The notes beneath the pieces are model-generated. The model saw nothing but the letters and a program-made list of their open reading frames with translations. It had not been told where the DNA came from and made no database searches. From Mobula hypostoma (taxonomy: Eukaryota): 64,000 bases of DNA. How positions within the stretch are numbered: the stretch's first letter is position 1; each line of letters begins with the position of its first letter. The stretch is from the NCBI RefSeq assembly GCF_963921235.1, contig NC_086097.1, positions 173,540,001 to 173,604,000 on the forward strand. The letters run 5' to 3'. Below, piece after piece: positions 1 to 14,339 of the stretch. Position numbers and translations under genes: made by a program.

Positions 1-2557
1 ACTCCAAGTGGGGTCTGACCAGGGTCCTAAATAGCTGCAACATTACCTCTCGGCTCTTAAACTCAGTCCCACGACTGATGAAGGCCAATGCACTGTATGC
101 CTTCTTAACCACAGAGTCAACCTGTGTAGCAGCTTTGAGTGTCCTATAGATTCAGATCCCAAGATCCCTCTGATCCTCTACACTGCCAAGTGTCTTACCA
201 TTAATGCTATATTCTGCCATCATGTTTGACCTACCAAAATGAACCACCTCACACTTACCTGGGTTGAACTCCATCTGCCACTTCTCAGCCCAGATTTGCA
301 TCCTATCAATGTCCTGTTGTAACCTCTGACAGCCCTCCACACTATCCACAACACCCCCAACCTTTGTGTCATCAGCAAATTTACTAACCCATCCCTCCAC
401 TTCCTCATCCAGGTCATTTATAAAAATCACAAAGAGTAGGGGTCCCAGAACAGATCCCTGAGGCATACCACTGGTCACCAGCCTCCATGCAGAATATGAC
501 CCGTCTACAACTACTCTTTGCCTTCTGTGGGCAAGCAAGTTCTGGATCCACAAAGCAATGTCCCCTTGGATCCCATGCCTCCTTACTTTCTCAATAAGCC
601 TTACATGGAGTACCTTATCAAATGCCTTGCTAAAATCCATATACACTACATCTATGGCTCTACCTTCATCAATGTGTTTAGTCACATCCTCAAAAAATTC
701 AATCAGGCTCGTAAAGCACAACCTGCCTTTGACAAAGCCATGCTGACTATTCCTAATCATATTATGTCTCTCCAAACATACATAAATCCTGCCTCTCAGG
801 ATCTTCTCCATCAACTTACCAACCACTGGAGTAAGACTCATTGGCCTATAATTTCCTGGGCTATCCCTACTCCCTTTCTTGAATAAGGGAACAACATCCG
901 CAACCCTCCAATCCTCCAAAACCTCTCCCATCCTCATTGATGATGCAAAGATCATTGCCAGAGGCTCAGCAATCTCCTCCCTGACTTCCCACAGCAGCCT
1001 GGGGTATGTCCCGTCCGGTCTCGGTGACTTATCCAACTTGATGCTTTCCAAAAGCTCCAGCACATTCTCAAGCTTTTCAATCCACTGCAAGTCATCCCGA
1101 CAATTCCGAAGATCCTTTTTGGCAGTGATTACTGAAGCAAAGTATTAATTAAGTACCTCCGCTATTTCCTCTGGTTCCATACACACTTTTCCATTGTCAC
1201 ACTTGATTGGTCCTATTCTCTCACATACTTGTAGAATGCATTGGGATTTCCCTTAATCCTGTCCACCAAGGCCTTCTCATGGCCCCTTCTGGCTCTCCTA
1301 ATTTCATTCTTAAGCTCCTTCCTGCTAGCCTTATAATCTTTTAGATTCATATCGGTTCCTAGTTTTTTGAACCTTTCGTAAGCTCTTCTTTTCTTCTTGA
1401 CTAGATTTACAACAGCCTTTGTTGTACAATGGATCTTGTAGCCTACCATCCTTTCCATGTCTCATTGGAATGTACCTACTCAGAACCCCATGCAAATATC
1501 CCCTGAACATTTGCCACATTTCTTCGGTACGTTTCCCTAAGAACATCTCTTTCCAATTTATGCTTCCAAGTTCCTGCCTGATAGCCTCATAATTCCCCTT
1601 ACTCCAGTTAGACGTTCCCCTAATATCCCTCTCCAATGCGATAGTAAAGGAGATAGAATTGCTCTCCAAAATGCTCTTCTACTAAGAGACCTGATACCTG
1701 ACCAAGTTCATTTCCCAATACCAGATCAAGTACAGCCTCTCCTCCTGTAGGCTTACCTACATATTGTCTCAAGAAACCTTCTTGAACACCCCTAACAAAC
1801 CCCACCCCATCGAAACCCCTCACTCTAGGGAGATGCCAATCAATATTTGGGAAATAAAGATCTCCCACCACAACAACCCTGCTATTATTACTCCTTTCCA
1901 GAGTCTGTCTCCCTATCTGCTCCTCGATGTCTCTGTTACTATTGGGTGGTCTATAAAAAACACCCAGGAGAGTTATTGACCCCTTCCTATTCCTAACTTC
2001 CACCCACAGAGACTCCGTAGACAACCCCTCTATGACTTCCTCCTTTTCTGCAGCCGTGACACTATCTCTGATCAACAGTGCCACGCCCCCACCTCTTTTG
2101 CCTCCCTCCCTATCCTTTCTGAAATACCTAAAGCCTGGCACTTGAAGTAACCATTCCTGTCTCTGAGCCATCCAAGTCTCTGTAATGGCCGCAACATCAT
2201 AGCTTCAAGTGCTGATCCACGCTCTAAGCTCATCCGCTTTATTCATAATACTCCTCGCATTAAAATAGACACATCTCAAACCATCGGACTGAGCGCGTCC
2301 CTTCTCTATCACCTGCCTATCCTCCTTTTCGCACTGTCTCTAAACTTTCTCTATTTGTGAGCCAACCTCCCTTTCCTTCGTCACTTCAGTTTGGTTCCCA
2401 CCTCCCAGCATTTCTAGTTTAAACTCTCCTCTATAGCCTTAGCAAACCCTCCTGCCAGGATATTGGTCCCCGTCGGATCCAGGTGCAACCCGTCCTTTTT
2501 GTACACGTCACACCTGCCCCAGAAGAGGTCCCAATGATCCAGAAATCTGAATCCCAC
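1..2557 (-). mobile_element. CR1-type LINE, decayed (end of ORF1, APE endonuclease, RT); runs off the window start
   Basis: ORF 152-1090 has RT motifs (QHGFVKG, DFSKAFD, GMPQGSVLGP, FADD). ORF 1620-2171 has endonuclease motifs (GGGVALLI, GVFYRPPNS). Frameshifts and an internal deletion near 1070-1220. Confidence 0.93.
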
Positions 2558-3000
2558 TGAAATACAACAGAATCAGTGAAAGACCACACCCAACAGGACG
2601 GACAAACAACCAATGTGCAAAAGACAACACACTGTGCAAATACAAAAGAAAATAATAAATAAATAAATAAACAAACAAACAAACAAGCAAGCAAGCAAGC
2701 AATTCAAAAAACAGAACATAAGATAAGTCATTGAAAGTAAGTCCATAGGTTGTGGGAACAGTTCAGTGATGGCGTGAGTAAAATTGAGTGAAGTTATGCC
2801 CTCTGGTTCAGGAACCTTATGGTTGAGAGGTAATAACTGTTCCAGATCCTGGTGGTGTGGGTCCTGAGACTCCTGTATCTTCTTTCTGATGGCAGCAATG
2901 AGAGGAGAACACAGCCTGGAAGGTGGGGGTCATTGACGACATATGCTGCTTTCCAGGGATAGCACTCCATGTAGATGTGCTCAATGATGGACTGGTTCGT
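2558..3000 (-). mobile_element. Rex-Babar-like LINE 3' fragment with compound microsatellite
   Basis: C-terminal motif LLPSERRYRSLRTHTTR..NSYY; the same 3' UTR type recurs at 24300-24755 and 61090-61455. Confidence 0.7.
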
Positions 3001-3891
3001 ATTCACTTTTGTAGGATTTTTCATTCAAAGGCATTGGTGGTTCCATTTGCAATGTACTTGAAATGCTGACAGACAGTTTGGAAGTAAATAATATATCCTT
3101 CCCAGGAAACAGTTGTTCTTCATTCAAAATATTCCATGCTGAAATGATGCCAATTAATATATTTATGAACAAATCCACTGACATCCACCAGAACATTATC
3201 TTTACAGCGAGGAAGATTTACTATTGCGTAGCCAGACAATGCCAGTTAGCTCCAGATGAATTTTGACAGATGAAAAGCTAAATTATACAAGGGATGAACG
3301 GATGCACTGCTTGTGTGTTTGAATTATATGTGCATGTCTGATGTTGCACAAAGTTATAAAACCATCACTTCCAACCAGAACATTTATCATGTTCTATTAA
3401 TTTAATCAACTAAAAATTATGCTGCTTATTGAAAAAAGCTTGATCACTATACAATGTGTATAGTATTATAAAACAGGTCAAAAATTTACTTTTGAAAGCA
3501 TGTTGAAAATAATTCTCCAAAGCACCATGGTTAGTGTAACAATATGTGTTTCAAAATACACCCCTAGTAGTTTACTGCATGATATCTGGAAAAGGAGCAT
3601 TGCTATTTAGCACGAGTCTTGCAACACCTCTCTACAAGTGAGGGCAATCTAGATTGTTAATTGGCAGTGGGAAAATGATAGTTCTTGGAAATTTTTGAGA
3701 CAAACTTCTTAGAGAAATGCAGAACAGTGACTGAAAATTTGGGTTACTCCAGTCTTTTAAATCAAATCAAAGACAAGCAGAGTTACGGGTTTCTAAAAGG
3801 TCAAGAACATTCAGAGAAGGAAAGAAGCAGTTCTCCCTGACCTGAAAGAGACCTCTGAGATAAGAATGTGTACAAAGTGGTTGTGGAGGCT

Positions 3892-3908
3892 GGGGGGGGG
3901 GGGGGGGG
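3892..3908 (+). repeat. Poly-G run (17 G)
   Basis: Read directly. Confidence 0.9.
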
Positions 3909-5139
3909 AAGGAAGGAGAACTACATCAGTAAAACTAGTAAATAAGGCATCAATATCAATGAATATACAACTTTGAATAAAAGATTTTTAGAATAGTCTG
4001 GAAACCTTGTTTTCAGCACTGGAGGTAGAAAACTCTGAATTCCTATTAATTTTTTTTAGGTTAACTTCCAGAATTTAAATGTACAAATCAGTCATGTTTA
4101 AAATACTAAATACATGTCCTGCATGATTGCATGTTCTGGTCAAAAAGCTGCAACTTCTAATTAATCATTTTTAATAATAAGTTGCTAATTTAACTCAAAC
4201 TTATTAAATCAGTCAACTATCTGCTGAATATTACTGGCACAGCACAATTAAAGAACTGTTTACATGACTTTTACAGTTTTAATATCATGTGGACAGTTGG
4301 AATCTATCCCCACAAAAAAGGACTGAGTCAAACAACACATCAGCATGGCACATTCAATCAAGTACAAGACAAATTGCCCGGAAGAATGATTAGTCATATT
4401 AGTGCCTGGTCATTTTAATTTAGTTACAAGGATAAAATAGTCATAAAACAAATCAAGTTTAAAATTCATAAAACACTCACCCCAACTGAACTTCAGTTTC
4501 ATTAATTTTATGTCTGCCTGTTTTTTTCCCACTTCTCTAAACACTGCAATTCTATACCCAAAAAGGTCATGGAAGCACATTTCCTACTGCCATAAGCACT
4601 GAAAGCAGATTTAAGGTTGACTACTAAATGCTGAGATGAAGAGAAATTAATTTCCTCAGTAAGTCCTTGGTTCTCTCCACCCTAGTGCTGAGGGCTGAAA
4701 TACAGATTTCTAATGTGGTGAAGAATTAAGCACTAAGGGGATCAGCTGGGAAATTGTTGAAGCCAAAGACTAGACCAGCTACTAAATGGGGAAGCAGGCT
4801 TCACCTAGCCTACTCCTAGCCTACTGCTGATTCTAGTTGTTGTTTTCAATGAAATAGCCACTGAAATATATAGGTCAGTAAGTCTGGGCTGGAAACAAAG
4901 CTGTGCCTCACATATGTGATTTTCGGATGTTGAATGTGCAGCTAGAGGAAAACAATGTAGCCAAGTCACATGAGGTGAATTTCATCAGTGATAATAAACC
5001 TGATTCTGATTCTGATTCTGATCTGAAATTCCCACCTAAATCACTTCCAGCATCTCTATCTTTCCCTTTAGTCACTTCTTGAAATCCACCTCTTTGTTTA
5101 CCAGTCTCAACATTTGGAAGGATCAATATCCAATTCCTC

Positions 5140-5510
5140 ATATCTTCATCAAAAGGCGATGTCTTGAAAAGGCAGTATCCATCATTAACGACCCTCATCA
5201 CCCAGGACATGCCTTCTTTTCATTGCTACCATCAAGGAGGTAGTACAGGAGCCTGAAGTCACACAATTAATATTTTAGGAACAGCTTCTTCCCTTAAACC
5301 AACAGATTTCTGAATGGGCTATTAACCTGTGCACACTACCTCAATATTTTTGGCTCTTTGTTTACTCTCTTTTTGCACTGCTTATTTAATTTATTTATAC
5401 ATACATTTCTTATTGTAATTTATAGTTTTTCATTAAGTATTGCAATGTACTACTGCCATAAAACAACAAATTTCATGATATAGGGCAGTGATATTAAACC
5501 TAATTTTGAT
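5140..5510 (+). mobile_element. Rex-Babar-like LINE 3' fragment
   Basis: ctaccatcaaggaggtagtacaggagcctgaagtcacac...aggaacagcttcttccc motif (LPSGRRYRSL...RNSFFP remnant) and the 3' UTR ending gatattaaacct. Confidence 0.7.
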
Positions 5511-6526
5511 TAGAAAGATTTTACCTAAATTAGAGGCACTACATGCAAAAAGATTGTTGGATTTTAATACAGTGACCATATGATGATGAAGATAAGTTCA
5601 ATACAGAAGGAAAAGCAAATAGGTTTAGTTGAATAATTATGGAAGCAGACTTAGAAGGAGAGGCCCAGTTGAAAATCAATTGTGTCTAATGGTCTGTTTC
5701 CTAAATCTCGATATTAATCTATTCAACAAAATTACTCTCCTGGAAATAATGTATTCCAAAGCCATAAAGGTTTATTATGTGAACATTTAAAATTTTGAGG
5801 TCCTATATTCTGCACTGATCTTTGGATGTGCAATTAAAAGTTTTATGGGGCAATAATAGGAAAGGTTTGACAAAAAGATGATCTTTAGACTTGCTTACAC
5901 AGGAGTTTTTGTACAGATATAAATCTGATCTCATTTCACAGTGTATCGTGTCATCATACAAAACTATTCTACAACCATACAAATCCAAAAGAAAAACACA
6001 CTTTTTATCTTCCTGGCTCTGGGCCCCAAATTTGATTACAATCAGCAAAACTATTCTGGTTTTATGATGCAATGTTTTTGAAATCACGTGAATTATTTCA
6101 CAAGGTTGCAATTCAAGGATATTCATGAAGAGTTAATCACATCCACAATAAACCAATATAAATTAAAATTTTGCTCTTCAAGCAGTAACTTAACACAAAA
6201 GATAATGTATTACATCATGTCAAATTAAACCTACCTTTATTGTCATCCCAATTTAGTGTAAAACTCAAAAATAAACAATGACAGACAACAAATGTATCAG
6301 AGCTGAACGCACTCAGTGGCTACTAGTATGCATTTCCAGCAGATGCAATTAAACAATGATCAGACCAGAAAATCTGGACAATTTTTATCTCATCAACCTC
6401 AGCTCCCTATGGCCAATGCCACCTTTAAACACATCAACTAAGCTAAGCTATAATTGAATATACTTCCTTATTGAAAAAAGTTATTAGGACTACATGATAA
6501 AGTACACTTCTAACATAACAGTATAA

Positions 6527-6693
6527 TCCTGGTGAAGAACTTCCGCCCAAAATGTTGATGTGTCCTGACGAAACGTTTCCGCACAAAATGTCAACGACTT
6601 ACTCCCCTCCTGAAATGCTACCTGACTTGCTGAGTTTCTCCAGATTTTGTGAGTGTTGCTCTGGATTTCTAGGTTCTGCAGAATATCTTGCGT
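6527..6693 (+). mobile_element. Penelope terminal-repeat remnant with two tandem degenerate hammerhead motifs
   Basis: CTGGTGA...cccAAAAtgttga followed by gtcCTGACGA...cacAAAAtgtcaac, then the conserved downstream tgctacctgacttgctgagtttctccag...tgttgct segment. Confidence 0.65.
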
Positions 6694-9600
6694 GTATAGT
6701 TCTATATTATCTTGTAATCAATGTGAGACTAAAGATACAATAAATTTTGATATGGAGAATGTGTAAATTTTGTTAAAATATATGGAGAGAAAATTATAAA
6801 CATTTGTTTTTATAATAATTTCCAGATATGTTTGCACAGAAGTTTCCCATCTAATGGATGATCAGCATTATCATATTTCAACTATTTCCACTGATCCAAG
6901 AAATTTCCACATTATTTTCTCTCTTAATAGAACAATCTGTACTTAAATAACTCAGCAAATAAAAAGCAGCAGAAAGTCTAGCTATCAATACAATTATATT
7001 TTAAACTTGCTTTTCAATCATTTTCAAGGATAAGGACACTAAACCAACCATTAATGACCTTCTCCAATTGCTGGTTCTCTGGTAATTTACTGCCGTACAC
7101 TTCATAAATTTATCAGGAGAACACTGGGTATATCCAGCCCAAGACTTTGGCATGGGAAAATTCTGCAGATAGCGTTCTTTTGCCAATAAATGAGAACATC
7201 TAACTAACTGATAACCCTCCCACACTGCATGTTGTTTAGTTTTCTGCAATGGACCAAGGAAACTCCAATTTGTTCCACTGATGAGACAGAAAATTACACA
7301 AGCTTATTCTCCACATAAATCTGAACTTTGCTCTAGTTCAGATGCTTGTTCTAAGTTGTTGACCAGCTGAAATATAAAACGATTTAATCTACATTTTGAT
7401 CACAAAGTAGAAAAGTATTCATGACTACAAATCAACTTAGGTTAACAAATGGTATGCAGCTGAAATGTAATGCTATAAAAACTATATAGAGAAAAAAAAA
7501 GTCTGACCGAATTGAAGATCACTGCTGTGCAATTGTCAAATGATTATAATGGAAAATAGTGTCTTAGCTTTGTTAAAATTAGTATCCTTTTAAAATTCTG
7601 AGTAATTAAGTATTTTACCAATTTTACATGTGCTCCAGAGAATTTAAAACTAAAGAATGTGTTCTCTTGAAGCAGATATAAAGTGCCTTATTAAACTAAG
7701 CAGCAAAACTGCTTGTACAATTTTCTGAAACACAGGCAATTGCTCTGAAGAATGCAGTAAGTACTCCCTTTTCTATAAATTGTCTGATTCTTTGCAGATT
7801 TCAAAGCTAATTAAATGATTGGATCCCACTTAAAAATTAAATGTAGATATGTGTGGGATATTGCATATTGATGTATATACAGTTGTCAGTGCTTAAACCT
7901 TTCTAGCCACTTGCTTTTACCAATGCTGCTGGCCATTTGGTATTACCATAAGCATCAATTACAAAGATGCCTTAAAAACCGTATAAAGTGGGCCAATTAT
8001 ACTGAGCAGTTCAAGTGGCTGTTCACACCTCACGATTACCTGTCATTAAGTTACTCACTGCTTGCAAGCAGGAATTCAGTTCTGAACATTCCTCAGTTAA
8101 TTTTACCTCACTGTGGAAAAATTGTTTCTTGAAGGTTAAAAAGAGGAAATTACTTTTTAAAGCTTCTAGAAATCCTGCCACTGCTGTGAACTGGCTTGTT
8201 GAACTCAACAGATTCTGGCACAATTTTACAATTAAGTATGGAGAGAATCTTTGAAAAGTTATCTGAACGTTCAACAATACTGCTTTCAGCTGAATTGTAC
8301 ACTGTGGTTCAGTACTCTGATGTGAACAACGCTATCAGAAAGACAGATGGGACTTCAATCTTACATTGACCACTGCATGCAAGGTACAAGTTGAGTTGCT
8401 ATAAAAATGTTCATTATAACCAGCCAAAGCACCAAAAATCTGCACTAATAACAAGAGTAAAACAACCCAATGCACTTCACAAGGCTTTTGTGTAAATGAT
8501 GGTTTCACAATAAGCTACAGAAGGATATTGGAAAGACAGTCAGACAGATAGATTTTAAGGAGAATCTGGAAGGAGAAAAAGCAGATAGATAGCAGAGTTT
8601 GGAAAGAAAACCAGAGACTTGTCTTCATGTTTCCAGCTGCCTTGGCCCTAAAGGTGAAGGTTATTCATCTCTAAGGTTAGATTAAAGGCTTAGTTATAAT
8701 GAGATGTAACATTCACTTGAAAATCAGGTGAGTGATACACTCCATCACACCTGACCAACCTGCAATATACCCATGTGCATGTTGGCCTGAGTGAGACACA
8801 TGACCTCTTGACCATCAATTTCAATAATGAATGATAACCAACTAGATGAACTACTGAGGGATTCTCATCACTAAAGGTGGATGTCATTCAATAACTTCAG
8901 AATATAAGACCATCTAATAATAATGACAAAGAAAAAGCAATGTACCAAAAACTATTTTTCCTCTCATACTCCTGTTCCCACCCTAATTTCTCTTTGCATG
9001 ATCTACATATTAAAATTAGTTCTGTATTATACTGGATATACAATTTCCCAAAATTGTGAAAATCAGTTTTATATCCTTACTGTCAAAACCACCATTCTGC
9101 ATCCAAGTTAAACAGGAGAACAATTACAACAGAAGTCAGCTGTGGGAGGGCTCGAGGAAAGGAAGCCATGCTCTCCACTATCCATCTGTTCCAAGAGCAA
9201 GTAATGTTGAAACAGGGTGGTTTTCAGAAGTTCACATAAATACAGGAATTGGATTCAAAGCCTATGCAATTCAACATCTGTTTAAGTACTAAATGAAACA
9301 TAAACCTGCAAGTTAAAGGCACCTTGGGAGCAGATGTTTTGTGTAAAACTTTTCAATGTGGAATCATGAAGTTCCATTCATCATGATGAACAGGGTTGGT
9401 GCCCCACAGCCAATCATTTCCACACAGAATGTGAGAGAACTTATGTTTAATTTTTCTGTTGCACCAATTAATTTATTCAACTGCTAATACTGTAGCAAGT
9501 CACACACACAGGTGAAACCTTACTTGGATATATAGCATTATATATAATGACTCAATAATGAGTGTATTTATTCAGACAGAGGACTGAATGAGGACTATAG

Positions 9601-11119
9601 AAAGAACCTGCCCTGTTTCAACTTCATTGGTATATTTATCCTTTTAATGTCACATTAATGAGGGCTCTCTATAAAACCTTTACACTCAGACTGGGTCTAG
9701 ATTAGATGACAGAATAAAATGATACACAAGACAAGTAAGAGGAACTAGATTCATTGTTATCACCCTAAATGGCAGAAATTCTATAATGCAAATTCTATAA
9801 TTCTGTGATTAGCGAGCAAAAGGAATTTTCTCGATCATACGCACATACATGAAACTGCCAAAGTATTCAGATCCAACAAGGGGTACATGGTAACAAATAA
9901 AATAATTGAAGTAACAGAGCTGTAGCTTTTTTCCCCACAGTGCAAACTTCAGCAGTTCCTGCTGCCTAATATCACCTTACAACAGAAATATCTTAAGGTT
10001 AATGGAACAATCCTACTATTGATTGCCACTGGGCTCTCCCGTGCAATGTTGATTTTTCTATAATAATGCCATACTGCCCAGTGAATGTCAGCAAACAACC
10101 TGCTGGGAGAACTCAGCATCTGTAGGGAAAGGAATTTTGTAAATGTTTTGGATTAAAACACTGCATTAAGCTGAGAGCCAATAGGAAAAAAAGAAGGAAA
10201 ATAGCACCTGCTATTTTCAGCATGCTTTTATCAGCATCTGCAATCTCTCATGTCTCGGGTGTACATGCTTTTATATGGGTAGGAGTTAGGGTGGGGCAAT
10301 TGTTGGATAAGGAGCAGAACTGTCCAATCAACAGAAAATTATGACATTCTTAGATATTATGATGGAATTGCATCTGGCTAGGAGCACGGTCAACTTTTGG
10401 TTTAATGTCCATATTACAGCAAAAGAATTACCTTTCATTTCATTCAGCCTCTGAACATAGTTATTTCAACAGTGCCACAGTAAATGCCTTCCAATTCCTT
10501 GAAGTGAAAGAAATTAACAAATGTAACTAACTGAGAATCCTGTGGGTAACTATTTTAGATCTGGGAATGAATAGGTAAATAGCACCTGAGGCACACCTCA
10601 ATTCATTGATGTTTTAACTTTCCATAGTGCACTTAAAGATAAAAAAGTATGCAAGTGCTTTTTGATGCTGCAGATTATGTCTCAGTTATTGCTAATTTGG
10701 GCATTAACAGACAAAATGTCTAATTTAAGTACACTATACGTGAAAAGAACTTATCACCTGGTTACTTCATCAAATAACTCCTCAAGTTCAGATGAAACCA
10801 AGCCCAGCTAATAAGCAATTCTAATATAGTTGAGGCCAACCACGATCAAATTAGATCTGATCTGAGAGTAAGTATGAGAGTATATGCTCAGCAGGTACAC
10901 AGAGCAAGAATGGACAGCAGAGACACATTTTAATCAAAGAATAAGGGCGGTGGTACCCTGAATCATTGTTGTGCTATGCCGAACAACTTCATGCTCTCTA
11001 TGAAACAGAGGTAGAGTTGTTAGATAGTAAGTCATGTTTTTTTCAATAAATGCAGATGAGAAGCATATTAATCTGTTTTGTATGGGAAAAAATATATTAA
11101 TAACCACATGGACGTCAGC

Positions 11120-12090
11120 CACAATCAAGAAAGCTCATCAAAGCCAATACCTCCTGGACACTCAAGAAACTGGTATTTCCCATTTGATCCTCATCAATTA
11201 TTATAAGCACACCATTGGAAAGTATCCTGTCTGGAGGCAACATGGTTTGGTATGGTACTGTGCTGCCTGAGACCATGAGAAACTATAGAGGTATATAAAA
11301 TCACAAGAGGTATAGATAGGGTGAGCACATGTTGTCTTTTGCACAGGGAAAGTGAAACTAAAAACGAAAGGCCGTTGGTTTAACGTGAGAGGTGAATGAT
11401 TCAAAAGGAACCTGAGGGGCAACTTCTTCACACAAAGGGTGGGGATGCCGAAATGGAATGAGTTGCCTAAGGAAGTGACTGAGGCCAGCATAGTAACAAC
11501 ATTTAACATACATTTGGATAAGTAATGGACAGGAGAGGTTTACAGGCAAATGAGCCAATGCAGGTAAATGGGAATAGCTTGGCAGGTACGACTGGGCCAA
11601 AGGCACTATTTCCTTGTCTTAATCTATGTCTATAAATTGTGAATGCAGCTCAATACATCACAGAAACCAACCTCCCCTCTGTGGACTCTGTCTACTCTCG
11701 CCAATACAATCAGATTTCACCCACCCGAGACATTCACTCTTCTCCCCTCCCCTAGTGGGTAAAAGATACAAATGCCTCAAAGCATGTACCATCAGGCTCA
11801 AGGACATCTACCAACCCACTGTTACAAGACTTTTGAATGGTTCCCTAGTACAATAACATAGACTCTTGACCTCACAATCTACCTCATTATCACCTTGTAC
11901 CTTATTGTCTGACAGCAATTTACTTTCTCTATAGTTGTAACATTTCATTCACCATTCTGTTTTTGTTTTCTCTTGTATTGCCTCTATGCATTGACACCAT
12001 GGAATGATCAGTATGAATGGCATGGGAAACAAAGTTTTTCACTCAAGTTCAGTGAAAGTGACAATAATAAACCAACTTACCAATTTAATT
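11120..12090 (+). mobile_element. Rex-Babar 3' fragment interrupted by a CR1 3' fragment (about 11285-11630)
   Basis: Rex reading (DHEKL..IVNAAQYIT) is split by CR1 3' sequence (gaggtatataaaatc...aacttcttcacacaaagggtgg...tggaatgagttgcc). Confidence 0.7.
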
Positions 12091-14339
12091 TATCAATTTA
12101 CCTATTGATCCATGACTGTTTAAGTAACATTTTTAGTTCTTGTTGCTCAAGTTCTTCCCTTAATCAAAATGCAGAAATTTGTCAAGCCGATGCAACTAGT
12201 AGTCATCAAATGGATCCAACATAAAAATAATTTTCTAGTTTATGAAGACCAAGGGATAGGATGTGCTATATCACACCAAGCCATAGGTGGCATCAGTAAG
12301 GAATAAAGCAACATTTTGGGGCTGTTCTCAATCTGGCACCTGGTTTCCAGAAGGAAAATTAAGCTGCTTGGTGTCCAAGTGGGTCCAAGAGTGCAACAGA
12401 AAAGATACGGTCTCAGTTTTGTTTCTAAATAAAAACACAAGCAGCATATAACCATTTAAATTCCCATTTCACACCGCTCAGAACCCAATAGCCCTAGGCA
12501 TGACACATATGCAAACCAACTGTGGAAGTGGGACAAACTTCTCAATCGAGTTATTGCAGATACCTTACAGAAGGGAGTTATCACCAGCTGTAAGAACAAT
12601 GCTGTTTGTCTCTCTCACCTGAAATAAGCACGGATCACTTTAATAAAGTTTAAACTTCTGAAAACGTAGAAGGTTCAAGCAGGATTTTGTGAGTTGGACA
12701 GGGAAAAAAGTAAAGGAATAAAAAGGTGCAAATAGTTTCAAATTACCCTTCCACACATTAACTGCATTTTTTTATAATGTGAAACAGCAAGAATTATTTT
12801 TTGTATCATGACTAATGGTTCAATTCCTACATGGACAAGAGGGTTTCTTCATATCTTTAAATCTCTTGTCATTTAAACCAATCTAATAATAAACTTTATA
12901 ATATGTTATGTTGCGCTTTCTAACTCTATTATCCAAGGAGTTATAACATTACAGAGTATTTCTTGAATACGTTTAAGTGATTGAACATATGTTTCAACAC
13001 CATAAGTATGAAGGAATTCAGTGCTCAAAGGGCTGATGAAATCTTACTGGATAAGTGTTGAAGAAAGGAGTATAAAAAGTAAGGAAACTGTTAAAGACCA
13101 TTAGCTTTAATCGTTTGATGGCTGAAAGACTGCTGCAGATTTCTATGTTTGGTTCCCATTATGTCAAAATTGCAGAATTAATGAAGAACTAAAATACAAT
13201 TAATTAAAGTGAGACTTGGAGAATATATGGAATAACAGTACATATCTTTATGAAAAAATGGTTAAAGAACGAATCAATAAAGAATGCTTCACTCTTCTGA
13301 TTTTCCCCTTTGGCACATTCCACTGGCTGCCAAGAAGCAGAGAAACAAAATGACTGATCTTTTATTATTATTCCCTTGCATTCTGAACAAGAGGATCAAA
13401 GTATAAGCACCACCTTCCTTTCTGTGGATGGTTCATTGGTAAGAAAATGAACCATTCTGCCATGTGCTCATTGAAATTTTCTTGTTTCAGAAGTTCATCT
13501 GTAATGCTCGAAAGGTAAAATAATTCATTCACAACTGCCATTTCTGCTACCAGCTGCAACAGTAGGTTCCTGCTCCGTAGCGAAACAAAGAAAAAATCAA
13601 AACATGGGAAAAATAAAACCTAGATACAACTGGCAATAAAGTAACAAATACGTAATCCCTAAAGAGTCAGAAAGTTGTGCTTTCTCCTCATTCTGCTTTT
13701 ACTGCAGGCAGGAGAGCCAAACAACGATATAATTCTGCAAAACTTTCAGAAAATAAATTTGATTTGCAATATATGAAGAGTGAAGCATAATATTCCCATC
13801 TGTAGGTATAGGTTTACAGCAACAAGAGAACTCGTCACAATGAATACTTAAACGCGCACATCCATTTTAGCAAGTAGTAGTTCAGATGTCAACCATCACC
13901 ACCCACTTCATAACATGCGCCAAACAACTCAAAAATGACATAAAGTAGCAATAATGCCATTTGGCTCTTCAAGTTTACTCCACCACCGAAGAATATACCT
14001 CATCTTATTGCAACCCCAACTCCACATTCAAATCTATCCAGCAGAAAAATCAACCCACCTCCATCTTTCTATCTACCCTCATTGTTCACTTATCAAAATA
14101 CCTGCATACCGCTCTCAAAATATCCACAGATCATTTCCACTACCCTGAAGAGGTCAAAAGACTCATAACCCTGTGAGATAAACAATTACACCCTACCTCT
14201 CTCTTAAGTAGGTGACCTCTTAATTTTTAATCACTGATCAGTTTTATTTTGTAAATTCTTACAGATAGCATGAAATATGAATGTACTGTACTTCTCAAGG
14301 CTAGTAGTGAAAACGTTATTATAAAAATTGCTGGGATAG

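Noticed and set aside
13414..13569. Exon-like segment on the minus strand (good acceptor, open frame NLLLQLVAEMAVVNELF...)
   Set aside because: No similarity to recalled VPS13B, weak donor (gtggtg), and in the phase-1 frame required by the upstream exon it hits TAG after 7 codons.
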